Notes: a model not told the origin generated them from the letters alone. A stretch of 64,000 bases of DNA from Candidatus Saccharibacteria bacterium RIFCSPHIGHO2_12_FULL_41_12 (GCA_001790445.1 MGCQ01000001.1:40462-104461), one strand, 5' to 3'. Shown: positions 26,201 through 34,913, counted from the first letter of the stretch. Numbers and translations: made by a program.

Positions 26201-26892
26201 TGCTGATGACCAGCGATTTTGTCGAAATAAACAGCCACAAAGTGCGAATACTCAAAAGAAAAGGTCAGCGTCATCTACGGCTACGCATTAATTCTAGTGG
26301 CAATGCAATATTATCTATGCCAAAGCGGTTGCCAAAGTACATGGGTATAAAATATTTACAAACCAAAACAGCATGGTTGGACAAACACACATTCCAGCCA
26401 AAACAAATATCGTTCGGTAGCAAATTGTTTACTGGACAAGAAATAAGCATCGTAGATGGTTCAAATACTAGAAATAGAGTTGTAATTTCAAAAGAAACGC
26501 TTGAGTTTTACTTACAATTTGATAGTAACGACCCAGCTTCGCAACGATATATGTCAAAAATAATCAAGAATCTATACATTGATCATTTAAGCAAAATTGT
26601 CTCACAAAGACTTGACTATTATAGTGATCTGACCAAACTGAAATATAGAGATTTTGCTGTTAAAAATTTGCGCAGCAAATGGGGTAGCTGTGACCGCCAT
26701 AAGCAATTAAAGTTCTCCCTATATCTACTGGGCGTGGACATGGCGTTGATTGACTATGTAGTTCTACATGAGCTTGCACATACTAAGTACATGCACCACC
26801 AACCATTGTTCTGGAAGTTGTGCGAACAGTATATGCCTGACTACAAACATAGACAAAAACAACTTAAAATTTCTAGAATGAATCTAGTATAA
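26200..26892 (+). CDS. YgjP/DUF45-type zinc metallopeptidase-like protein
   Basis: KWGSCDRHKQLKFS...YVVLHELAHTKYMHHQPLFW (HExxH). 1-nt overlap with the upstream kinase gene. Confidence 0.8.
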   Translation: MLMTSDFVEINSHKVRILKRKGQRHLRLRINSSGNAILSMPKRLPKYMGIKYLQTKTAWLDKHTFQPKQISFGSKLFTGQEISIVDGSNTRNRVVISKETLEFYLQFDSNDPASQRYMSKIIKNLYIDHLSKIVSQRLDYYSDLTKLKYRDFAVKNLRSKWGSCDRHKQLKFSLYLLGVDMALIDYVVLHELAHTKYMHHQPLFWKLCEQYMPDYKHRQKQLKISRMNLV

Positions 26893-26948
26893 ACTTATCT
26901 TAAAATGGTTATGACTATAATATGTTATGTGAGATAATATTTTGAGAT

Positions 26949-28088
26949 ATGATCCAAAAGAAAAAACCCGTGAGCAAAAAGAAAACAACTATTTCAAAGA
27001 GCGATAAAACTGCAGACAGCACAGCCTTAAGTCAGCATAGATTGTCAGCTTTAGTCAACAGCATGGCAGATGCTGTGGTTGCAATCGACGAAAAGGGCAA
27101 AATTGCTGTTTACAATGGAGCAGCACTTGATTTGTTTGACGTAAATATTGATCTTTCAAACAAAAAGATTAGTCAAATAACCAAAATCATTGACAAGGAT
27201 TCCAAACCAGTTGATATAGAAATGCTAATATTACAAACTAAGATTCAAACAACCAATAGAGATATGCGCCTGGTATACGCAGATGATAGCGTGATAAATA
27301 TCTATGTTAGCATTGCGCCTGTACGTGTTGGCTACGGTGAAAGCGATAGTGGTGGATTCGTTGTTTTGATGAGAGACATAACAAAGGAGAAATCGTTAGA
27401 AGAAGAAAGAGATGAATTTATTAGTGTAGTAAGCCATGAACTACGCACTCCAATAGCTATTACTGAGGGCAATGTGAGCAATGCAACACTAGTGGCCCAA
27501 AAAAAGTCTCTTGACCCACAGATTATACAAATGCTTGAAGCTGCACATGACCAAGTTTTATTTCTTGGGGAAATGATTAACGATCTTGCGACTCTCTCCC
27601 GAGCAGAACGTGGAGCCTTAAACGTGGAAATAGCCCCAATAAATATGTTCGATCTGATAAATAAACTTGCAAAAGAATATAGCGATGAGGCCCAAGCAAA
27701 AAACATTAAAATTTCAACTGACTTAGACCCACATTTGCGCCTGTTGAACTCTAGCGAGCTTTATGTTCGTGAAGTTATCCAAAATTTTGTGACAAATGCA
27801 ATTAAATACACAGAGAAAGGCAAAGTAGTTGTTCGTGCCATTCAAAAAGATAGCTCAACAGTAGTCGAAGTCATAGATAGTGGTATAGGAATATCAAAAC
27901 CAGATCAAGAAAAAGTTTTTGATAAGTTTTTTAGAAGTGAAGATTATCGCACACGGGTAAACAATGGGACAGGACTTGGTCTGTACGTAACTATGAAGCT
28001 CGCCAAAATACTTCGGGCAAAAATATCTCTCAGTAGTGTTATCAATCAAGGCTCAACATTTTCTATTGAGTTTTCAGATCTGTCTTAG
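26949..28088 (+). CDS. Cytoplasmic PAS-histidine kinase
   Basis: FISVVSHELRTPI H-box, N-box FVTNAIKYT, GTGLGLYV G-box. No TM segments. Confidence 0.88.
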   Translation: MIQKKKPVSKKKTTISKSDKTADSTALSQHRLSALVNSMADAVVAIDEKGKIAVYNGAALDLFDVNIDLSNKKISQITKIIDKDSKPVDIEMLILQTKIQTTNRDMRLVYADDSVINIYVSIAPVRVGYGESDSGGFVVLMRDITKEKSLEEERDEFISVVSHELRTPIAITEGNVSNATLVAQKKSLDPQIIQMLEAAHDQVLFLGEMINDLATLSRAERGALNVEIAPINMFDLINKLAKEYSDEAQAKNIKISTDLDPHLRLLNSSELYVREVIQNFVTNAIKYTEKGKVVVRAIQKDSSTVVEVIDSGIGISKPDQEKVFDKFFRSEDYRTRVNNGTGLGLYVTMKLAKILRAKISLSSVINQGSTFSIEFSDLS

Positions 28089-29571
28089 GCAGGCTTTTTT
28101 CGTAGCGCAACAACGGTATGCAAACGTTTCTACCTTTCCATATTACGTCACTAAATTCGTATTTAAACATTGAATAATGCATTATAAATATTTCTGACAA
28201 TACCAGTAGCGGGAGCTGGCAAGTCCAGACAATAATATTATGGATTTTTACCGCGTACCCAACATAAATATGGACTAACAAGCCCAGAACTATCAATATC
28301 GCAACCATCACCTCAATTTGTCCTGTTGTCACATAAATATACACAGCTTTGGCTGATATCATCAGCATAAAGGCCAGTATAATTGCTCTAAGTGCGATTT
28401 TTTCTGGGCAAAGCCGTGTTAATGGATAATAGGTTCTCACAGCGGTGTTAAACTGTTCTTCCAGGGATTTGACGCTGGTAAGCTTGATAGTTTTATCAGA
28501 AATTAAGAAGTTATAATTTTTCAAGTTTTTTGCAATAACTTTTTCTGGATATATAGAATTTCGACAAGTATTAAAACCGCCGGTTTTTACTAGAGGGTCT
28601 TTTTTTACCACAAAACAGCTGCTCAAGGGTGGTGGTGGCTGTTTGACGTGACTGAGCCCAGAGAATATTCTGTGATAACGCAAACTCTGTAGCAACAGAT
28701 ACCAATCATATTTTTGCCAAACTCTAACAGGCAATACAGACAGCATATTATAATTGTTGCTTTGCATTTGCGCGACAATCTGCCCAATGCTACCAGTGTC
28801 CATCCTGACGTCAACGCCGGCATAAATAATATATTCACCGTTGGCGTTGTGCAAAAGTTGCTCATATGCCCAGTTCTTGGCTAGCCAATACGCACGAGGC
28901 TGTGTACCTTTTAAAAAAATTACACCTTCTTGGGCAAAGTGTTTAATTATTTCGTTTACTGCAATTCCTGAGCAGTCATCCAGCACCACAATCTCAAGTT
29001 TTGGATAATTACTATTGATTGCTTGCTCCAGAGCTTGTACTAAGTCATAATTCTCGTTCCTTGAGGGTATAGCTAGGGTAACTGTCGGTAATTCGTCAGA
29101 GTTAAGTGATGGCAATATTGGCCTAACTTTTGATTTTAATGTTTTAATGAGCACGATGACTAACGTTACAAATATAATGCCTACGCAGCAGTATACAGCT
29201 AACTTTACGATATTCGGTAGCGGAGAGATTAGATAGACAGCAAAGGTCAACAAATTTATATAAACAAATGATTTTTTACTTAACTTACGGCTTTTTTTCT
29301 GGTCAATATTGCTCCCCGCCAGCCTAAGGATCAGTATGAGCTGGACAATGCCCAAGTATGTTAATAACAGGATGACCCACAAAGACTGTTGGATAGTTAT
29401 CAAACTAATAGCCGCGCCCATAACTCCACTTAAAATAAAACTAAAATACCGACGAAGCGCCCAAAGTGTATTATTTGCAATAATTAGCAGCTCAAATACA
29501 AGCAAACATATTAGCATAACAAGCCCAAGTTTAGGCTCAAAATCGACTACCATAACCGTTTTATTATACAC
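28063..29571 (-). CDS. Membrane-embedded family-2 glycosyltransferase
   Basis: TVTLAIPSRNENYDL...LEIVVLDDCS GT2 signature flanked by multiple TM helices. Confidence 0.8.
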   Translation of the reverse strand: MYNKTVMVVDFEPKLGLVMLICLLVFELLIIANNTLWALRRYFSFILSGVMGAAISLITIQQSLWVILLLTYLGIVQLILILRLAGSNIDQKKSRKLSKKSFVYINLLTFAVYLISPLPNIVKLAVYCCVGIIFVTLVIVLIKTLKSKVRPILPSLNSDELPTVTLAIPSRNENYDLVQALEQAINSNYPKLEIVVLDDCSGIAVNEIIKHFAQEGVIFLKGTQPRAYWLAKNWAYEQLLHNANGEYIIYAGVDVRMDTGSIGQIVAQMQSNNYNMLSVLPVRVWQKYDWYLLLQSLRYHRIFSGLSHVKQPPPPLSSCFVVKKDPLVKTGGFNTCRNSIYPEKVIAKNLKNYNFLISDKTIKLTSVKSLEEQFNTAVRTYYPLTRLCPEKIALRAIILAFMLMISAKAVYIYVTTGQIEVMVAILIVLGLLVHIYVGYAVKIHNIIVWTCQLPLLVLSEIFIMHYSMFKYEFSDVIWKGRNVCIPLLRYEKSLPKTDLKTQ

Positions 29572-29584
29572 ATATATAATTTTG

Positions 29585-29613
29585 TTGACCTAGAGCTCTA
29601 TCTGAGCTATAAT
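29585..29613 (+). promoter_or_regulatory. Putative promoter of secE-nusG
   Basis: TTGACC (29585-29590), 17 nt, TATAAT (29608-29613). Confidence 0.55.
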
Positions 29614-29629
29614 TGACATATAAAGCTGG

Positions 29630-29653
29630 TCCTACTAATACGGTAGGATTTTT
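29630..29653 (+). promoter_or_regulatory. Hairpin plus T5 run in the secE leader (possible attenuator)
   Basis: TCCTAC-taatacg-GTAGGA followed by TTTTT, lying between the promoter and the secE GTG. Confidence 0.35.
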
Positions 29654-29676
29654 AAATTGAGAGGAACAGCTCCAAA

Positions 29677-30066
29677 GTGGCAAAGGCCAAAATTCGAGTA
29701 TCAAGAAAAAAAGAAAGCTCTAAATCTGTTAGAGAGATATCTTCAGGTAAAAAATCATCATTTAAAAGACCAAAGATCAAAATACCTGCAAAATTAAAGC
29801 AATTAAAAAGCTTTATGGGAAAGAGTTATCACTTGCCTCTGCCTGATAACAGAGTGAACAATATCCTTAGTAAAAGAGTCAGACTTGTTCCAAACTACCT
29901 TAAAAACTCATTTACAGAACTAAAACTGGTCGAGTGGCCAAATCGTAGGCTAACAATTAGCCTTTCTTTTGCTGTCATGATTTTTGCCATAGTATTTGGC
30001 TTATTTGTAGCTTTTTTGGATTATGGCTTAGATAAAATATTTAAAGAGGTGTTTATAAAAAAATGA
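29677..30066 (+). CDS. secE: Preprotein translocase subunit SecE, with long basic N-terminus
   Basis: ELKLVEWPNRR motif followed by a single C-terminal TM. Directly precedes nusG. GTG start. Confidence 0.8.
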   Translation: MAKAKIRVSRKKESSKSVREISSGKKSSFKRPKIKIPAKLKQLKSFMGKSYHLPLPDNRVNNILSKRVRLVPNYLKNSFTELKLVEWPNRRLTISLSFAVMIFAIVFGLFVAFLDYGLDKIFKEVFIKK

Positions 30067-30605
30067 AGAAACAATACAACACAACAAAACAGTGGTACGC
30101 TATCCATACTTATAGTGGATTTGAAGAAAAAGTAGCTGAAAGCATTAAGCAAAGAGCAGATGCACTTGATATGGCAGATAAAATCTTTGACTGCATGGTT
30201 CCTAAAGAAAAAATGATCGAAATTAAAAACGGCAAAAGAAAAGTCGTAGAAAAGAAAATTTTTCAAGGATATGTGTTGGTGCAGTTAAAGTTGTCAGAAG
30301 ACGCTTGGTATGTTGTCCGTAACACGCCAAATGTTACAGGTTTTGTAGGAACGGGAACCAACCCAACACCTGTGAGCGAAGATGAGATGCAAAAGATTAT
30401 TAAAAGGATGGGGCTAGAACAGCCAAAGCATAATATTGATTTCGCAGTCGGTGAAGTTGTCGGCATCATAGACGGACCATTTAAAGGATTTGATGGATCA
30501 GTGAACGAAATTGATGAAGCAAAAGGTAAATTAAAAGTATTGGTCAACATGTTTGGACGAGAAACACCCGTTGAGCTGGACAGTCTTCAGGTCAAGAAAA
30601 CATAG
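30063..30605 (+). CDS. nusG: Transcription termination/antitermination factor NusG
   Basis: WYAIHTYSGFEEKV NGN domain and KOW motif VGEVVGIIDGPFKGFDGSV. Confidence 0.95.
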   Translation: MKKQYNTTKQWYAIHTYSGFEEKVAESIKQRADALDMADKIFDCMVPKEKMIEIKNGKRKVVEKKIFQGYVLVQLKLSEDAWYVVRNTPNVTGFVGTGTNPTPVSEDEMQKIIKRMGLEQPKHNIDFAVGEVVGIIDGPFKGFDGSVNEIDEAKGKLKVLVNMFGRETPVELDSLQVKKT

Positions 30606-30651
30606 AATTATTTACGAAAGAATGTTATAATAACTAAACTATAGAGGAATC

Positions 30652-31080
30652 ATGGCAGAAAAAAAGATCAAAGCGAATTTAAAAATGAAAATTCCAGCCG
30701 GCAAAGCTAGCGCAGGGCCACCTGTTGGTTCGACCCTCGGTCAATATGGCGTTAGCATGATGGATTTTGTTAATCCATTTAATGAAGCCACTCGCGACAT
30801 GGGCAATGTTACGGTTACGGCGCATATTACGGTTTACGAAGACAGAAGCATGAAATTCCGTGTTGTGGGAGCCCCAACAGACGACTTAATTCGGGCAAAG
30901 TTGGGCATTGCTAAAGGATCTGGCAAACCAAACACAGAGAAACTGGAACAAAAGCTATCGCAGACCGACCTGAAATCTATTGCAGAAGATAAGGCCCAAG
31001 ATATGAACACCGACGACATTGAATCAATAAAGAAAATGGTTGCTGGCACAGCCAGAAGCATGGGAATCGAGGTACAGTAA
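30652..31080 (+). CDS. rplK: 50S ribosomal protein L11
   Basis: IPAGKASAGPPVGSTLGQYGV motif. Confidence 0.95.
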   Translation: MAEKKIKANLKMKIPAGKASAGPPVGSTLGQYGVSMMDFVNPFNEATRDMGNVTVTAHITVYEDRSMKFRVVGAPTDDLIRAKLGIAKGSGKPNTEKLEQKLSQTDLKSIAEDKAQDMNTDDIESIKKMVAGTARSMGIEVQ

Positions 31081-31388
31081 TGGCAGTTGTAAGTGGCATG
31101 CCGTCAGATCGCAAAGGGTTTGAAAGAAACGCAGGATTTAATACATTTGCCAAGAATATTAGAGCTGCAGCGAACAGAAGTGGTCTGCCCTTAAGAGATT
31201 CAAGTTTGTCGCGGGAAACACCAGCTAACGGGCAATACATACCCAAAAGTGTGCATGAACTCGCAGAACTAGCTACGCAAGCTATTGTTGAGAATAATGA
31301 TCGATATCGAGGTTTATCGGCTAGCGCAAGAGCCTTACAGGTGGCAGAAGACGCTGCTAATGCATTTACGAATCAGGAAGCCAAATAA
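31080..31388 (+). CDS. Hypothetical protein (102 aa) inserted between rplK and rplA
   Basis: TAATG start/stop overlap with rplK. No recognisable motif. Confidence 0.5.
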   Translation: MAVVSGMPSDRKGFERNAGFNTFAKNIRAAANRSGLPLRDSSLSRETPANGQYIPKSVHELAELATQAIVENNDRYRGLSASARALQVAEDAANAFTNQEAK

Positions 31389-31414
31389 CAAAGTAAACTT
31401 ATTAAATTAATATT

Positions 31415-31450
31415 GTGGGAGTCCCGCCAGAAGCGCGACGCTTGGACCAC
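31415..31450 (+). promoter_or_regulatory. Possible L1-binding mRNA mimic upstream of rplA
   Basis: GUGG...CCAC-closed structure containing GGGAG and GGAC, immediately 5' of the AAGGAGG SD of rplA. Confidence 0.3.
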
Positions 31451-31463
31451 AAGGAGGAACAAA

Positions 31464-32477
31464 ATGGCAAAAACTAAATCAGAGCTACTTCAAGAAGCAA
31501 AAATGCTTGATTTGGATGTAACTACCAAAAATACAGTTGCAGAAATATCTGCAGCAATTAAATCAGTAGCAAGTAGCAAGCAAAAAGTAGCAAGCGGGGA
31601 AGGGTTGGAAGTTAAAGATACCCAAGAAGTTATTGCTGATGATAACGGACCAGCAAAGGCTGGCAAAAGAAGCGCTAAAGCTATCGCCCAAACAGAAGAA
31701 AAAAGAGCCAAAGAGGAACGAAAAGCCTCTGGCGAAGCTCAGGATACACCAAAGCCTAAGACAATTGTCACACCTACTCGCTCAAGGCTAGAAAGAAGAG
31801 GAAAAGCCTACAAAGAAGCTTCTAAACTTATCGAAAAGGACAAAGAGTACACAATTAAGGAAGCAATGTCTATATTGGTCTCAACGTCTGGCAAGAAATT
31901 TGACTCGACAGCAGAATTACACACACGTCTAGGTGTTAACCCTAAGCATGCCGACCAAAACATTCGCGATAGCATTGTTTTACCAGAGGGTACTGGCAAA
32001 AAACTCAAAGTAGCTGTCTTTGCTGATGAACAAACCGTTGCCAAAGCTGGTAAAATAGAGGCTTTTGCAGTAGGCGAAGAAGTCATAATGAATCTGTTAA
32101 CTAAAGGCGAGATTGAATTCGACATTTTGATAGCTACACCAAATATGATGCAAAAATTAGCTAAATTTGCTAAATTACTTGGTCCTAAAGGCCTTATGCC
32201 AAACCCAAAGAGTGGGACTGTGACTAACGATATTGCAAAAGCCACGTCTGAAGCAAATGCTGGACGCGTGGAATACAGAGTTGATTCATCTGGTATTGTT
32301 CATATAGGTTTTGGAAAAATTAGTTTTGGTGAGTCAAAATTAACAAATAATCTTACGACACTGCTGACTAGTATCAAAAATAACAAGCCGTCTAGCGTAA
32401 AAGGTATTTACATAAAATCCATATATTTGACCACGACAATGGGCCCATCAATCAAAATATCATTGTCAGAGATTTAG
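31464..32477 (+). CDS. rplA: 50S ribosomal protein L1, with about 110-aa N-terminal extension
   Basis: The C-terminal ~230 aa is L1-like (LGPKGLMPNPKSGTV). ATG 31464 follows AAGGAGG. Confidence 0.9.
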   Translation: MAKTKSELLQEAKMLDLDVTTKNTVAEISAAIKSVASSKQKVASGEGLEVKDTQEVIADDNGPAKAGKRSAKAIAQTEEKRAKEERKASGEAQDTPKPKTIVTPTRSRLERRGKAYKEASKLIEKDKEYTIKEAMSILVSTSGKKFDSTAELHTRLGVNPKHADQNIRDSIVLPEGTGKKLKVAVFADEQTVAKAGKIEAFAVGEEVIMNLLTKGEIEFDILIATPNMMQKLAKFAKLLGPKGLMPNPKSGTVTNDIAKATSEANAGRVEYRVDSSGIVHIGFGKISFGESKLTNNLTTLLTSIKNNKPSSVKGIYIKSIYLTTTMGPSIKISLSEI

Positions 32478-32506
32478 TCACTACACCCCAACGGTTCTGC
32501 TTATGC

Positions 32507-32536
32507 TTGCTCATGGTTTGATTTTTAGACTATAAT
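32507..32536 (+). promoter_or_regulatory. Putative promoter of the tmk-thyX-like gene
   Basis: TTGCTC, 18 nt, TATAAT (32531-32536), preceded by TTATGC as at 61213 and 62460. Confidence 0.4.
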
Positions 32537-32557
32537 ATTATAAGCATAGGAGATAAT

Positions 32558-32608
32558 ATGACTAAAAACAACGTTTTGCAGGTGGAGACCTTGTCCCATG
32601 AGCACTAG
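32558..32608 (+). CDS. Possible 16-codon upstream ORF (MTKNNVLQVETLSHEH)
   Basis: AGGAG lies 7 nt upstream. The stop overlaps the tmk start by 11 nt. Confidence 0.2.
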   Translation: MTKNNVLQVETLSHEH

Positions 32609-34913
32609 TAGAAGCGGATTGTTTGTAGTTATCGAAGGAACTGATGGCTCCGGCAAGGGGACACAGTTTGAACTTCTTGAAAAACATCTTGCTAGGCAAG
32701 GTTATGACTATGAGCAATTCGATTTTCCTCGATATGACCACGAATCCAGTTATTACGTTAGACAATATTTAAACGGCACATACGGCGGCGTAGACGATGT
32801 TAGTCCATATACTGCGTCACTTTTTTATGCACTTGATCGTTACGATGCGAAAGAACAAATACAAACTGCTCTAGACGCAGGCAAAATTGTCATAGCTAAC
32901 CGTTACGTTGGGTCAAATATGGCTCATCAAGGCACAAAATTTGACACAAGAGCAGAAAGAAGAGGATATTTTGTTTGGTTAGACAGTTTAGAGCACACAA
33001 TGCTCGGCATACCTCGTCCTGACCTCTCTATTGTGCTAAATATGCCGGCTGAGATAGCTCAACAACTCGTAGATAACAAAGAAACTCGCCAATATACAGA
33101 CAAAAAAAGAGATATCCATGAAGCGGACCTCGAACATTTAAAAAAATCAGCTGAGGTTTACGAGGACATGTGCAAATTGTTCCCGAAAGATTTTCAAACG
33201 ATTGAATGCGTGAGAGGTAACAAAGTTATAGCTAGAGAAAAAATACAAAAATTAATTTGGGAGACAATTCTTCCTCTGATGCCGTCCAAAAGCCAAAATA
33301 AACAGAATAAGCCCACCAGACAAAATGAAAATGTCTATCTTGACAAAACATCTAAAAATACATCCATTACAAAAGAGGGTAGGCAATTTCTTGAACAGGC
33401 AGTCACCAACCCGGATGGGCAAGTTTATGGATTTTATGACAAGCTCTCCCCGATAACTATTGCTGCTGCTATGGCGCGTCTGAGCAGACGAGCTGATGAT
33501 ATGCGAATCACCATACTTGACGAGTTCACATCGATCAACGGCAATGATGAAACCCTACTTAAAAAAGTAATCACTGCGTATGGTGATGACTCTGTGCAAC
33601 AACTCGTGGGTCAATACATTGTTGTTGAGGACGCCAGCAATTTACTCACTAAAAAACTTGAGTGGGGTCGCCTGGCTGCATATCTAGAACAATCAACAAG
33701 GTATATTTATTTTGACCAGAAAGACAAAAACGATAAATTTCGATATTATACGCCCGACAATCTTGATGCTGGATCAAAAGAATTTTACAACGAGATTATG
33801 GATCAAATATTTTCGATCTATTCTGATATGGCAAAAAATTTGACTCAGTATGTCCGGAATAATTCGAAGGTTCCAAAGGAAGAACGTGATATATCTTGGA
33901 AGGGTGCAACTAGAGCACAGGCTTGTGATGCGATTAGAGCTACACTGCCAGTCGCCACTAAGGCAACTGTTGGTATATTCGCGTCTGGACAGGCACTAGA
34001 AAGCCTAATACTACATTTAATGAGCGATGATTCACATGAAGCAAGGCAGGTTGGGCAAATGATTCTCGGTGAAGCCAGAAAAACTATTCCTGCGTTTTTA
34101 CAGCGAGCTGATCTCCCAGACAGAGGAGGAGCGTTTGTTGCGTACAGACAAGAGACAGCAGAAGATGTTAAAAAAGCTGCCAAAAAATATCTTAAAAGCA
34201 CACACTCAAAAGACGTTGAACCAGTTAAATTAGTTGGATTTTGGCCGAAAAATGAACTTGATCTTGTGAGCACTATGCTTTATGAGCACAGTGGTCTATC
34301 TTTGACAGAAATACAAAAAAACGTTGATAAACTTTCTTACGATCAAAAGAAAAATATTTTTGATAGCTACGTGGGAGAACGACAGAACCGACGACATAAA
34401 CCCGGAAGAGCCTTAGAGACCGCTCACTACAGCTGGGACCTTGTCTGTGATTATGGAGCGTTTCGTGATCTACAGAGACACAGAATGGTTGATGACTTAG
34501 CTTGGCAAGAGTTAAGCCCTAGATTTGGCTATGATATACCAAAACTCGTTGAACAAGCAGGACTGGCTGACAAGTTTGAGCAATGCTTTGATTTAAGCTT
34601 GAAGCTGTATAGCTACTTACAGGCTGAAGGTTATGACAACGAAGCACAATATGCGGTTTTGCTCGGTCATAAAATGCGCTGGAAAGTGACATTTAACGCT
34701 CGTCAGGCGTTCCACTTGATGGAACTACGCACTACTCCTCAAGGACATCCATCGTATCGTAAACTGACTAAACAAATGTTTGACAAACTAGCAGAAGTCC
34801 ACCCGCTCATTGCAAAGTCAATGATATTCGTCAATAAAGATGAAGATCCAGAACTTAATAGATTAGCAGCAGAGCGTTATGCACAGTGGAAGTTGAAGCA
34901 ACTCGATAAATAA
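32598..34913 (+). CDS. Fusion protein: thymidylate kinase (N-terminal) plus tandem ThyX-like (Thy1-family) domains
   Basis: N-terminus FVVIEGTDGSGKGTQ (Tmk P-loop). C-terminus has GAFRDLQRHRM...ELSPRF (ThyX RHR motif) and an earlier degenerate copy WGRLAAYLEQSTRY. Confidence 0.8.
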   Translation: MSTSRSGLFVVIEGTDGSGKGTQFELLEKHLARQGYDYEQFDFPRYDHESSYYVRQYLNGTYGGVDDVSPYTASLFYALDRYDAKEQIQTALDAGKIVIANRYVGSNMAHQGTKFDTRAERRGYFVWLDSLEHTMLGIPRPDLSIVLNMPAEIAQQLVDNKETRQYTDKKRDIHEADLEHLKKSAEVYEDMCKLFPKDFQTIECVRGNKVIAREKIQKLIWETILPLMPSKSQNKQNKPTRQNENVYLDKTSKNTSITKEGRQFLEQAVTNPDGQVYGFYDKLSPITIAAAMARLSRRADDMRITILDEFTSINGNDETLLKKVITAYGDDSVQQLVGQYIVVEDASNLLTKKLEWGRLAAYLEQSTRYIYFDQKDKNDKFRYYTPDNLDAGSKEFYNEIMDQIFSIYSDMAKNLTQYVRNNSKVPKEERDISWKGATRAQACDAIRATLPVATKATVGIFASGQALESLILHLMSDDSHEARQVGQMILGEARKTIPAFLQRADLPDRGGAFVAYRQETAEDVKKAAKKYLKSTHSKDVEPVKLVGFWPKNELDLVSTMLYEHSGLSLTEIQKNVDKLSYDQKKNIFDSYVGERQNRRHKPGRALETAHYSWDLVCDYGAFRDLQRHRMVDDLAWQELSPRFGYDIPKLVEQAGLADKFEQCFDLSLKLYSYLQAEGYDNEAQYAVLLGHKMRWKVTFNARQAFHLMELRTTPQGHPSYRKLTKQMFDKLAEVHPLIAKSMIFVNKDEDPELNRLAAERYAQWKLKQLDK

